Part shown: positions 38,705 through 48,427 of the stretch, one piece after another | Numbering within the stretch: position 1 is the stretch's first letter | How the letters are laid out: each line of letters begins with the position of its first letter | NCBI GenBank assembly: GCA_963835065.1 | Contig: CAWIEK010000003.1 | Span: forward strand, 32,001-96,000 | Length of the DNA: 64,000 bases | Direction: 5' to 3' | Source of the DNA: an uncultured Chthonomonadaceae bacterium | Lineage (GTDB): Bacteria; Armatimonadota; Chthonomonadetes; Chthonomonadales; Chthonomonadaceae | Translations under genes and position numbers: made by a program | The notes under the pieces: generated by a model | The model's input: the letters and a program-made list of their open reading frames with translations, nothing else | Told to the model about the DNA's origin: nothing | Database searches by the model: none

Positions 38705-40841
38705 ATGTTGTCAGTATGCTTGCCGGTCGTAATGATGCTTTCTCAGTCCGTTGGAGCGCGCGAGGCGCTGCTGAAACAGGCGACGGCGCATTGGAAACTC
38801 GGTAACGCTGTTGCTTCCGGCGCGAACCCGCTGCGAACGCAGGGGCAGATCGAGCGCGACATTCCCGCCGAAGATGCCGGCGCCACTCCTGACAGCAAAG
38901 CCGCGCGCCTGACCAACGCTTATTTTGATGCGGGCAACGCGCTTGCCCTGAACCCTGCCGCGATTACGGTGTATTTGCGCGCCCGTGACCCGCGCGGACT
39001 GTGGAGTTACGGCCTGTTCAGCAAGCGCGGCAGTCACGAAATAGTCACGTTCAATCTGTTCAGCATAGACCTGCCACCCACGCCCGGCCCGGACATCGGC
39101 TTTGAAGTACATACCGAAGCCGGATTGGTCGGAGCCAGTTTTCCGGTTTCGCGTATCGCGCCCACCGCCTGGCATGATTTTGTCGGCGCGTATGACGGCA
39201 ATTTCCTCTCGTTGTATTGCGACGGCAAATTAATGGCAAAACGGGCGTGGTACGGCAAGCCCACGCGCAACAACGAATCGATTCTCATCGGCGCAGAAAC
39301 CGACAGGGGGCAAATCGTCCGGCCTTTTACGGGTGAAATGGAAGAAGCCGCGCTGTGGCCGCGTTCGCTGAACGACAACGAACTTGCCGCCGTGATGCGA
39401 AAGGAGAAGATCATGCCTGATGCCGAATATGTTGCCCCCGTACCACCGCCGCCCTCGCCCGTGCATTATCGGCCCGCGTTTGCCCGCCTTGCCGATACCA
39501 TTCCGTTCTTCTGGAAGGGCGAGTACCACATCTTCTATCTGCGCTCCATTGAGCATGTGCCCTGGGAACATATCGTTTCCAGAGACTTGATCCATTGGAA
39601 GGAACTGCCGACCGCGCTTAATTGCCGACGGCGCTCCCGACAGCCCGGACGGATTCCACATGTTTACGGGCAGCGTGATCGAACATAACGGCGTGTTCCA
39701 CATCTATTACACCGGCTGGAACCCGAATAATCCGCGCGGGCAAGAGTTTATGATGCATGCGACCAGTCCCGATTTAATCCATTGGACAAAACAGCCGCAG
39801 GATATTCTCGCGCCTGATGGTACGCATTATGCCAATGCCCGCTACCGGGATTTCCGCGACCCGTATCTGTTCCGCAACCCCGATACGAACGACTTTATGA
39901 TGTTCTTCTGTTCCGGGGCGCATACGGGCGTGGCGAGTTCGCCCGACCTGGTTCACTGGACGCAGCAGCCGCCCATTGACTCGGATTACACGGGCTTGGG
40001 AACGCCGGAATGTCCCGACACGTTTCAGATCGGCAGTACGCATTATCTTATCACGTCACCCACCAAAACCAACAGCACCATCGCTCGCCATGCCGACAAC
40101 CTGCTTGGCCCGTACCACGACCCCGTTTCGCGCGAAATTGACACGCCCATTTTGTACGCCGCCAAGCGCATGTACGACGGCAAGCGCCATGTGCTGACCG
40201 GCTGGCTGCGCGACCTGGACGGCGGCACGGACACGGGCAGTTTTCTGTGGGGCGGAACGCAGTCCATTCCCCGCGAAATCACCGCCGGCCCGAACGGGCA
40301 ATTGTTCTTCCATCCCATCCCGGCAGCCCTTGCCGCGTACAAGCATCCCCTGTGGGACTTGCATAAGCAGCCCGCATTGACTCAAACGCAAGGACAGTGG
40401 CAGTACGTCGGCAAAATGCTGGAAGGCGCGGCAGGCGTGAAAGGCGCAGGCGGCAATGAAGAATCGCGATGCCAACTGGAAACGCCGCCCGATTACCTGC
40501 TGCAATGCAAGGTAAAGCTGGATAAAGACAGCGTTTTTGCCCTCGGTTTCCGCGAAAAGGAGGGGGCAAATACGGGCTACCGTCTCACCCTGCGCCCCAA
40601 CGCGCAGGAAGCGGAAATCAGCAGTTCCAACTTCCATTACCCGCGCCACATTCTGCTCGACGCTGCGCAGCCGATCACCATTCAAGCGTTCGTGCAGGGC
40701 GACATCATCGAATGTTTCGTCAACAACGCCTTCGCCTTCAGCTGCCGCGCCTACAACCACCGTTCCGGTAACTTAAGCCTGTACCTGTCCGGCGGGAAGG
40801 CGCAAGTGCAGGAGTTAAGCGTCAAAACGGCAGTCCACTGA
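38705..40841 (+). pseudogene. LamG-like domain + glycoside hydrolase family 32 gene split by a +1 frameshift near 39617-39622
   Basis: First frame: WHDFVGAYDG (LamG), DTIPFFWKGEYHIFYL, SRDLIHW. Second frame: FTGSV, DFRDP, ECPD (GH32 catalytic motifs). Confidence 0.8.
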
Positions 40842-40905
40842 CCGGCATGGACGCGGCGTGTACATTACGCTCCGTACAAGGAAATATCGTATTGGAGGGT
40901 CAACC

Positions 40906-42585
40906 ATGACTGCAATTCGCAAAACGCCACATTTTCTGGTAACGGCTGCGGCGGTTTGCTGCCTGATGCTGCCCTGCGGCACACTTAGTCAGAAAGCGTC
41001 CGATAGCGGAAAACTGCCGGATGCCAACGCTACCGCCGCTGCAAAAAGCCTGCCCATGACGCAGATGTTGGATCAACTGGCGGCAAAACATGACTTTAAC
41101 TTCGTCATGTGCGAGGCGCCGGAACCGGACCTGACCGCCGATATTGCCTTTGAGCATCCGTCATTAAAGGACAGCCTGAACGCCATTTGCAAGCCGTTCG
41201 ATTACACCTGGCATCCGGGACCGGGTGGTGTCATGCTGTTCGAGTGCGGTTATACCAAGTTCAATGCCATGCCGCCGCTCACGCCGGGGGAAGTGTGGGC
41301 GGTGCTTGAAGATTTTGCGCAGATCAGCGCGCCTTATCACGAAATCAAAGGAGACGGGTTGCGCGATGTTCAAAAGCAGCTGGTTGGTTCGCTTACATTG
41401 GAGCAGTGGAAAACTTTGCGCGCCCGTGCCGCCGAGCGCGGCGGTTTAGGGTTTGATGAATTAACACCCGCGCAGCAACGGCTTATGGTCAGCTATGTGA
41501 CCGCGCAGGAGTTCGACTTTTTTGTTAGAGAAATGGAAGATTCCCCCTGGCTGTTTCCCTTGCAGGCCGATGAACATTCCATCCATCTGACGCTGCATCC
41601 GCCCGGATCGCCTATCCTGACCGCGTTGATGAAGCCGACAGGGGAGAAGTACCCCTTTTACATGCTGAACACGCGCTGTACGCTCAACGGGCGCGAGTAC
41701 GAAGGGTTCGGCCTGACGAGCTGGAACCCAAAGCAAACCGGTACGCCTGCCTCAAGTTACCGGGCGGAACACAACAAGCCGATTGCCGTCCTGCCTCCCG
41801 CACCCATTGACCATACGCCTGCGCCGGCAAGTGGCCTTGTTCATTTACATGCGCAGAATGCCCGGCTGACGGAAGTTGTCGCGCTGATGTCACAGCAGGC
41901 CGGCATCAAGGTTGCGCTTGACCGCGCTTTGCGCGATGTGCGCGTCACCGCCCGTCTGGACAACGTTCCTCTGGAAACCGCGCTGCAGGCTCTTGCCGCG
42001 CCGCATGAGTGGCGGACGTTCAAGCCGGATGCGCATCAGTATGCTTTGTATCGGCGTAAGCCTGCCGCCACTGATTCTCCTGTGGCTGTTGCGGCGGCTA
42101 TGCTGCGTTGCCTCCCTCCCGCCGCGCGCCGTTACATGCAGATGGATATTTCACCTTCTGATCTTTCTGCCACTCAACTAAACGACATGCGCCGGAATGG
42201 ACGCTGGAACTGGAAATTGGAACGCGCCTGCGAAGAAGCGCGCAGTCGCTGTCATGCCTGGGAGTTAAAGCGTTTTCAGGATAATCCCAATCTCACATGG
42301 GCGGACTTGTCTCGCGGCCAGCAAAATGATGTTCTTAGCGCGCAGCTTTATGGAATCCTCAAAGACGCGCGGCCCTTGCATCGCGGTTTTCCCGGCTATG
42401 TCGCCGCGCCCGGCATGGCTTTGATCGGATTTTCCAGCCCCGACCCGGCCCACCTGTCCCTGCAAATCAGTGGACGCAACATGAATGGAAGCTTTAACAG
42501 CGGCATCAGCCTGAACGACAATGGCGCGCTCACGCCGGAAAAGATGACCCTGTTGCGCGCCAATGGCGTCGTAAGCGGCAATTAG
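40906..42585 (+). CDS. Secreted hypothetical protein with STN-like segments
   Basis: SD GGAGG, signal-like N-terminus, and VTARLDNVPLETALQAL motif. Confidence 0.7.
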   Translation: MTAIRKTPHFLVTAAAVCCLMLPCGTLSQKASDSGKLPDANATAAAKSLPMTQMLDQLAAKHDFNFVMCEAPEPDLTADIAFEHPSLKDSLNAICKPFDYTWHPGPGGVMLFECGYTKFNAMPPLTPGEVWAVLEDFAQISAPYHEIKGDGLRDVQKQLVGSLTLEQWKTLRARAAERGGLGFDELTPAQQRLMVSYVTAQEFDFFVREMEDSPWLFPLQADEHSIHLTLHPPGSPILTALMKPTGEKYPFYMLNTRCTLNGREYEGFGLTSWNPKQTGTPASSYRAEHNKPIAVLPPAPIDHTPAPASGLVHLHAQNARLTEVVALMSQQAGIKVALDRALRDVRVTARLDNVPLETALQALAAPHEWRTFKPDAHQYALYRRKPAATDSPVAVAAAMLRCLPPAARRYMQMDISPSDLSATQLNDMRRNGRWNWKLERACEEARSRCHAWELKRFQDNPNLTWADLSRGQQNDVLSAQLYGILKDARPLHRGFPGYVAAPGMALIGFSSPDPAHLSLQISGRNMNGSFNSGISLNDNGALTPEKMTLLRANGVVSGN

Positions 42586-42839
42586 AAAACGGCGCGAAGG
42601 TAGAAATTACTTTTGCGATCTCTTGCAAAAATAACGCTACCTGTTGTATACTGATGCTGTCACTACCGCGAACCGAGAACCCCTTGTAGAAGGTCATTAT
42701 GTATGCAGGCGATGGCAGTGCCTAATCCTCTGCGTAGTCCTGTTTGCTGCGCTTTGATGCGACGCTTCCCCCGCCGGAACGCCCCGACTTCCTGCATTGC
42801 TTTTTCTTTGCATCGTCGCTCTGTACAAAGGAGTACGCT

Positions 42840-44630
42840 ATGTCCACTTCTCGTCGCGCGTTTGTTCTGACGGCTCCTCTGCTGCTTGCCGGCGCAATGG
42901 CGTCCGGTCACGCGCAAGGCAATCCTCCCCCTCACACCCCCCTGCCCACTGACACCAACCTCAGCGTGTCCATCGGCGTTTGCGCCACCTGGCAAAGCCA
43001 GCAAATCAATGCCACGCGCCAGATGCTGCTCAGCGCCGAGGTTTCCAGTTACACCCTGAGTGAAACTCCCGACATCTATACTCTGCTAGACCATCAAATC
43101 GCCGGCGAAACCCTGCCCCCGGAACAGGGGTGGGCCGTGTTCGCGCCACAGAACGATCAGTTCCAGTTCCAGTTTGACATTGCCGACGCGCAGAACCGCT
43201 TGGGCAAGATCGTTGTCAAGAACCTCCTGACCGGAGACGTGCTTGCGCAAATTCCTGCCGCCGCAAACGGCAGTGCGCTGACTGGTGTGCTGACAGGGGA
43301 CTGGAACACGGTCTACTATCAGGTGGATGGCTACGACAAGGCAGGCAATGCGCTGTTTCGGCTGGGTGTCACGCAGGGCAAGTTCGACAACTTCGTTCCT
43401 TTTGCGATCAGCAACGGCTTTTCGCCTTATCGTCCCGCATTCATTGCCTGCGCCCATCACACAACCCCGGATGGCCTGATGGGGTCGGAAGGCGATCCTT
43501 ACAACGTTATGGGAGTGATTAGCGGCACAGGGGGCGGGTTCAGCGTGGGATGCGGCTACCAGGACAAAATTAATGACAAAGCCTCGCCCGATTCTATCAT
43601 CCCGCCAGCCGATTTCTTTCGCTACATCAAGCACAAGAAAGCGCTGGATACAGCCAGCGCTAATCTGAACGCCCTCAAGAGCGGCGATCCGCAGGCGCTC
43701 AAGGATTTGCGAGACCTGCTGTCAGGCTTGACGAAGGAAGACACGACGCGCGCCTTGACCAACGTGGACATTGCGCCCTACTCGGACGCCTGTGGGCACT
43801 GGCATCCCGCCTTCAACGGCGCGGCCACTGCGGTTTACATTATTCCGTACACGCGCAAAACAGCCAACAAGGGGCTGTTAGGCATTCTGGCGCAGGCGAT
43901 GATTGAGTTCCTCAAGCCGGGCGCAAAGATACTGTCGGCGTTGGGCATAGACGCGCTCAACCAGTTCCTGATGACGCCGCAGGGTGCGCCTTACGGGTAC
44001 ATACAGGGCGAGATACGAGTGGTCGGAGACGTTTACACCGTAGACGCCACGGAAGCCTACAAAGCGTCCGATCAACGCCCAATCCTACAGGAGGTAACGT
44101 TCAGACTGACGCCCGACATTGCGCCGCCGACAGGTCTCAATGGCGGTGGCAGCGTGGTGTCTACGGGAGCCTGGACAATTCCTGCGCCTCCCGGCCCCTC
44201 CAACGGCGGCGATCTGTCTTTCGATGTCAACGGCATTGCCAAAAAGCAACTGGCAAAAGGCTACAAGTGGAAGGCTTCCGGCTGTATTTCTTCCACGCGA
44301 GGCTATCGTACCGGCACGTCGGAAGAGTTTCAAACACCGATTGACGCACCTGTTACCGTACCCTGTACGTTGACTGTACTGCTGCACCTCAAAATAGTCG
44401 CCAACGCTTCGTGCGTAGTGACGGTGAAACGAGGCGCTGACGTTCAGGCGCAGGGACCGACTACGAGCATAAACGGCCAGAACGTGTTTGACATGTTCCA
44501 GGTGACGCCTGCCACTTACATCGTGGAGGGTACAGCATCTCCCCTGCCCGGTTCGCGCGTTCCCCGCAAGGCCACGCAAACAGTTACCGTCAACACCGCC
44601 GTCGAACAGGCAGTGCAGCTTACGTTCTGA
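42840..44630 (+). CDS. Large secreted hypothetical protein with twin-arginine-like signal
   Basis: SD AAGGAG, MSTSRRAFVL...AHAQ-type signal, and beta-rich C-terminal domains. Confidence 0.75.
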   Translation: MSTSRRAFVLTAPLLLAGAMASGHAQGNPPPHTPLPTDTNLSVSIGVCATWQSQQINATRQMLLSAEVSSYTLSETPDIYTLLDHQIAGETLPPEQGWAVFAPQNDQFQFQFDIADAQNRLGKIVVKNLLTGDVLAQIPAAANGSALTGVLTGDWNTVYYQVDGYDKAGNALFRLGVTQGKFDNFVPFAISNGFSPYRPAFIACAHHTTPDGLMGSEGDPYNVMGVISGTGGGFSVGCGYQDKINDKASPDSIIPPADFFRYIKHKKALDTASANLNALKSGDPQALKDLRDLLSGLTKEDTTRALTNVDIAPYSDACGHWHPAFNGAATAVYIIPYTRKTANKGLLGILAQAMIEFLKPGAKILSALGIDALNQFLMTPQGAPYGYIQGEIRVVGDVYTVDATEAYKASDQRPILQEVTFRLTPDIAPPTGLNGGGSVVSTGAWTIPAPPGPSNGGDLSFDVNGIAKKQLAKGYKWKASGCISSTRGYRTGTSEEFQTPIDAPVTVPCTLTVLLHLKIVANASCVVTVKRGADVQAQGPTTSINGQNVFDMFQVTPATYIVEGTASPLPGSRVPRKATQTVTVNTAVEQAVQLTF

Positions 44631-44838
44631 TATTTTCTGCTTCTGTTCGAGCGAACACAGCAGAAAGAACACAACACCGATGTTATGACATCAACAAGGC
44701 GACGCTCCTTCGCGTTTGCTGCATACTCCCGCCTGCGGCCACTTGCGCCACAGGCGGGTTTTGCGTGTATACTGAAACATGAGGAAATCACGTCCGCTTT
44801 CACGCCCATCGCCCATGCGCGACCCGTCACCCTATCCT

Positions 44839-46320
44839 ATGAAAACATCGGGCTTATTCGCGTTCATTCGCGTTCATTCGCGGCTCTTACCAAGCCTGAA
44901 ATCGCGCGGTTTACGGCCTTTGTCCCTGCTGTCATTGTCGCTGTGCCTGCTGCCTGGCTGCAATTCGTCGCGCTCCGAAGTGACGGTCAAAGCGCCCGAT
45001 AGAACCGCGCCCGAAAAACCGGCTGCCAAAACTGCCGCCCCGCCGAACAAAACGGACGAAGCGCAAAGCCCCGTTCGCGTCCGGCCCGACTGTCCGATTC
45101 GGCTTGGCGGCGTGTTTTTGCGCGGGCTTGGCGACAATGCCGATGCGCAGGAGGATTCCGCCACAACGGGCGCGAAACTATCCGACACCAGCCGCGATTG
45201 GATCGCTGCCAATTGCGACGCAGCCGCATTCAACGCCGGTAATCTTCAGCGCGATACGTTCCGCCAGATGACGCGGGCGCAGAAATTGTTCACGCCCCTG
45301 CTGTATCTGTACGCTTCCTCGCTGTACGAGCAGCCGGAGCATCGGGGCAATGTGGGTGGCTGGCAGCCCGCAACGATGAGCGCGTGGACCCTGCGCGACC
45401 CCAGTGGGCAGGAAGTGGCCCCGCCGGACAAGGGCGGGCACTGGATGGATTTCGGCAATACGGACTGGGCAAAGCACTGGAAAGTGCAGGCGGCGCGGCT
45501 TGCCGGGCAGTATGGGGCGCAGGGCGTGGTTGCGGGGGAATTGCCCATCGGCAACACGTTCGTTCCCGACGCGCTGCAAAAGTACAAATCGCCCGCTGAC
45601 CGACTCGCGGCCACAACCGAATGGCTGCGTACCGCCCGCTCGCCGCGCCAATTTCTGCTTGTGCCGTCTGCTGTGGGCTTCGACGCGCTGGCCGGACATC
45701 CTACGCTGCCCACGCCGCCCGGAACCGAAGAGCCGGAACTCGCGGGCCGCGTATGGGACGAACTGTTTCCCTTTGTCAACGGCGCATGGGCCGAAGGCTG
45801 GGTCATCCCCTACTGGTCGGGTGAAACCCTGCCGAACAATCAATGGGAACGGCACATCGAAGCGGCGGATCGCGCCGACCGCAACGATCAGGTGTTTATC
45901 GCCTGCGCCGCATACCACGATGACAACGAACTGGAATACGTTCTCGCGTCGTTTCTGATGGCTTATCACCGGCAGGGGCGCGCGTGTTTGCAGCCCATGC
46001 CCCTGCGCGCCGGACAGCCACCCGATGCCGGGTACAGCCTGGCCGTGTTCCGCAAAGAGATCACGGACAAAGCGAACTTTTTCAATCCGCCGCTTGGGGT
46101 CGCCAAACAGGAACGGCATCCCCTGCGGGTGGAAGGCGGGGATGTGTGGCGGCGGCAGTTTCAGGGCGGCGACGTGTACGTCAATTCCGATGATACGCGC
46201 GGCAAAACCCTGCGCTTCAGCGGCAGCATGCGCCGCTTAAACGGCGATGTTGTCCGCGAAGTGGAAATGGCCCCGCATACGGGCGTGATTTTGCTGAATA
46301 TGAAACAGTCACAACCATGA
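44839..46320 (+). CDS. Putative glycoside hydrolase-like lipoprotein (GHL15-type TIM barrel)
   Basis: Lipobox LPGC, WMDFGNTDW and C-terminal VWRRQFQGGDVYVN. Start may be 44779. Confidence 0.6.
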   Translation: MKTSGLFAFIRVHSRLLPSLKSRGLRPLSLLSLSLCLLPGCNSSRSEVTVKAPDRTAPEKPAAKTAAPPNKTDEAQSPVRVRPDCPIRLGGVFLRGLGDNADAQEDSATTGAKLSDTSRDWIAANCDAAAFNAGNLQRDTFRQMTRAQKLFTPLLYLYASSLYEQPEHRGNVGGWQPATMSAWTLRDPSGQEVAPPDKGGHWMDFGNTDWAKHWKVQAARLAGQYGAQGVVAGELPIGNTFVPDALQKYKSPADRLAATTEWLRTARSPRQFLLVPSAVGFDALAGHPTLPTPPGTEEPELAGRVWDELFPFVNGAWAEGWVIPYWSGETLPNNQWERHIEAADRADRNDQVFIACAAYHDDNELEYVLASFLMAYHRQGRACLQPMPLRAGQPPDAGYSLAVFRKEITDKANFFNPPLGVAKQERHPLRVEGGDVWRRQFQGGDVYVNSDDTRGKTLRFSGSMRRLNGDVVREVEMAPHTGVILLNMKQSQP

Positions 46321-47351
46321 CCATGCAGCGTTACCATTTAGGCATAGACGGCGGGGGAACCAAGACCATTGCGGTGGTGCTGGACGCCGACGGTGAGGAG
46401 CGGGGGCGGGGTTCCGGCGGACCGGGCAACCTTGTCAACACGCCTTCCCCTGCCCTGCGCGCGGCTATTTGTGACGCCGTTGGAGACGCCTGCCGCAATG
46501 CGCAAATACCGGTCACTACCCGGTTTGCCGGAGCCTGCGCGGGCATGGCGGGGTACTCGGCGGAAGCGAAGCGGGAAGCGTTCGCCGTTTTGTTTCGAGA
46601 TATTGTTGTTGCGGATACCTACCTTGTGGAGCCGGATTTCAGCATCGCGTACTGGGGCGCCACGCATGGGGAACCGGGCATTGTGGTCATCGCAGGCACG
46701 GGGGCAGTCGCGTATGGGCGCAACGCGAACGGCGATACGCAGCGCGAAGATGGCCTGGGATTTCTGCTTGGGGATCGGGGCAGCGGCTTCAACCTCGGCC
46801 TGCGCGTCCTGAAATACACGCTGGAGCAGTGGAAGCAGGGTACGCGCGATACTTTGACGCAGGCCGTCGTTCGGCATACGGGCGCGCAGTCACAGGAACA
46901 GATGGTGCAATGGCTGTACGGCGATTTCAGCCCTGCCCGCGTCGCCTCGCTGGCTCCGCTGGTCGGGCAGTTGGCGGAGCAGGGCGACCCGGCGGCGCGC
47001 TGGCATGTGGCGGAAATGGCCCGGCGATTGCGCCATTCCGTGCGGCAAATCCGGCATCGGCTGTGGCTGCCCCGTGAAACGCCGGTTTATCCGCTTGGCG
47101 GACTGTGGAACCTGGGCGCGTTTTTCCGCGACGAGTTTTCCGACCCGCACTGGCAGGGCGAGGGCGCGTTCCTGCTGTCGCCCGAAGCCCTGTCCGGCGG
47201 GCGCTTCACGCTGGCGCAGCCCAAAAGCGACGCCGCGTATGGCGCGGGACTGATGGCAAAAGCCAATATGGAAACACAAACCAATGCAACACCCGAACAC
47301 ATTCCCGGCGCAGACACCAACCCGGTTTCAGGAGTTGTCCCGCCTGAATAG
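46317..47351 (+). CDS. BadF/BadG/BcrA/BcrD family sugar kinase (N-acetylglucosamine kinase-like)
   Basis: LGIDGGGTKT, VIAGTGA, GLGFLLGDRGSG and DAAYGA. Confidence 0.9.
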   Translation: MTMQRYHLGIDGGGTKTIAVVLDADGEERGRGSGGPGNLVNTPSPALRAAICDAVGDACRNAQIPVTTRFAGACAGMAGYSAEAKREAFAVLFRDIVVADTYLVEPDFSIAYWGATHGEPGIVVIAGTGAVAYGRNANGDTQREDGLGFLLGDRGSGFNLGLRVLKYTLEQWKQGTRDTLTQAVVRHTGAQSQEQMVQWLYGDFSPARVASLAPLVGQLAEQGDPAARWHVAEMARRLRHSVRQIRHRLWLPRETPVYPLGGLWNLGAFFRDEFSDPHWQGEGAFLLSPEALSGGRFTLAQPKSDAAYGAGLMAKANMETQTNATPEHIPGADTNPVSGVVPPE

Positions 47352-47409
47352 CCCCTCTCCTGGCGAGAAACGAGCGGCCAGAAAGGGTATCCATAAATGG
47401 ACGCCCGGG

Positions 47410-48333
47410 GTGAGGTCCCCCTGGCTGTTCGCTGTCGTCCTCTTGACGCAGGGGGCGTTGGCGCGGTGTGAAGTCCATTATAACTGGGAAGCGTTGCTCA
47501 ACACGCGCCGTATCGCTATCATTACGCCATTCTTTTGTACCATCAAGCCGCCTGCTGCCGCGCCTGTCCCGCTTCCCGCCGCGAAACCTAAAGCGCGAGT
47601 CGTATGGCCCGCGCCGACAGCCGAACATGCTTCCGCCCGGAAAAACTCTGCTTCCACGCGCAAGTCCTCTACAAAGGCAGTTCTTCGCCCGGCGCCTGTG
47701 CATCTCGATCCGGCAGTCGCGCCGAAACCCGCCGACAAGGGCAACAAGCAACCGGCGGCGGCAGCCGTTACCCCTGCCGAGAAATCTTTTCACACGCAAA
47801 CCCTGCAAACCTTGACCGAAGTTATGCAGGCCACATTGCCGGAACGCATTGCTGCCGGGAGAGTGTATCAGGTTGTGCCGGAAAGTGAGGCGCAGGCGGC
47901 TTTGCGTGGACTGCGCTGGCAGCCGCGCGATTTGTTTCAGGAGCGCGGAGCCATTGTTCGCGGCAAATTCCCCACGCCCGATGTGAAACACATTCAGCAG
48001 TTGGCGAAACGGTTGAAGGTGGACGGCGTTGTCGTGGCCGCCATGCGCGAACCGGCAAGCATCGGCGACGGGATTCGCCTGCCGTATGAATTGTGGATGG
48101 TGAACCCGTTTAATATGGGTGTCCGGCGGAGACTTCCGCATGTGCTGTCGCCCCGCATCCAGGCGTTTCTTATCACGGCGGACGGTGAAACCGCCTGGCA
48201 GGATGAGCAGGTCGCCGACCACCCGCGTACCACGCCCCGCACCCTCAAAACCCTGCTGGTAGACTGGCAGGAGGCGACGGAACAAGCCGCGCAGCAGCTT
48301 GCCGACAGCCTGCACCGCCAGCCACCCGGCTAA
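47410..48333 (+). CDS. Exported hypothetical protein (CsgG/TolB-N-like alpha-beta domain)
   Basis: Signal-like N-terminus, RIAIITPF, QQLAKRLKVDGVV and DGETAW. Start uncertain. Confidence 0.6.
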   Translation: MRSPWLFAVVLLTQGALARCEVHYNWEALLNTRRIAIITPFFCTIKPPAAAPVPLPAAKPKARVVWPAPTAEHASARKNSASTRKSSTKAVLRPAPVHLDPAVAPKPADKGNKQPAAAAVTPAEKSFHTQTLQTLTEVMQATLPERIAAGRVYQVVPESEAQAALRGLRWQPRDLFQERGAIVRGKFPTPDVKHIQQLAKRLKVDGVVVAAMREPASIGDGIRLPYELWMVNPFNMGVRRRLPHVLSPRIQAFLITADGETAWQDEQVADHPRTTPRTLKTLLVDWQEATEQAAQQLADSLHRQPPG

Positions 48334-48427
48334 ACTCCTCTTTACGCATATCCCAATCCACTAATATCCAAAAAGAAAAACGCTGCCGCGTTGATCCTTT
48401 TTGCCGCTCCGCCGCGCCTATCTAGTG

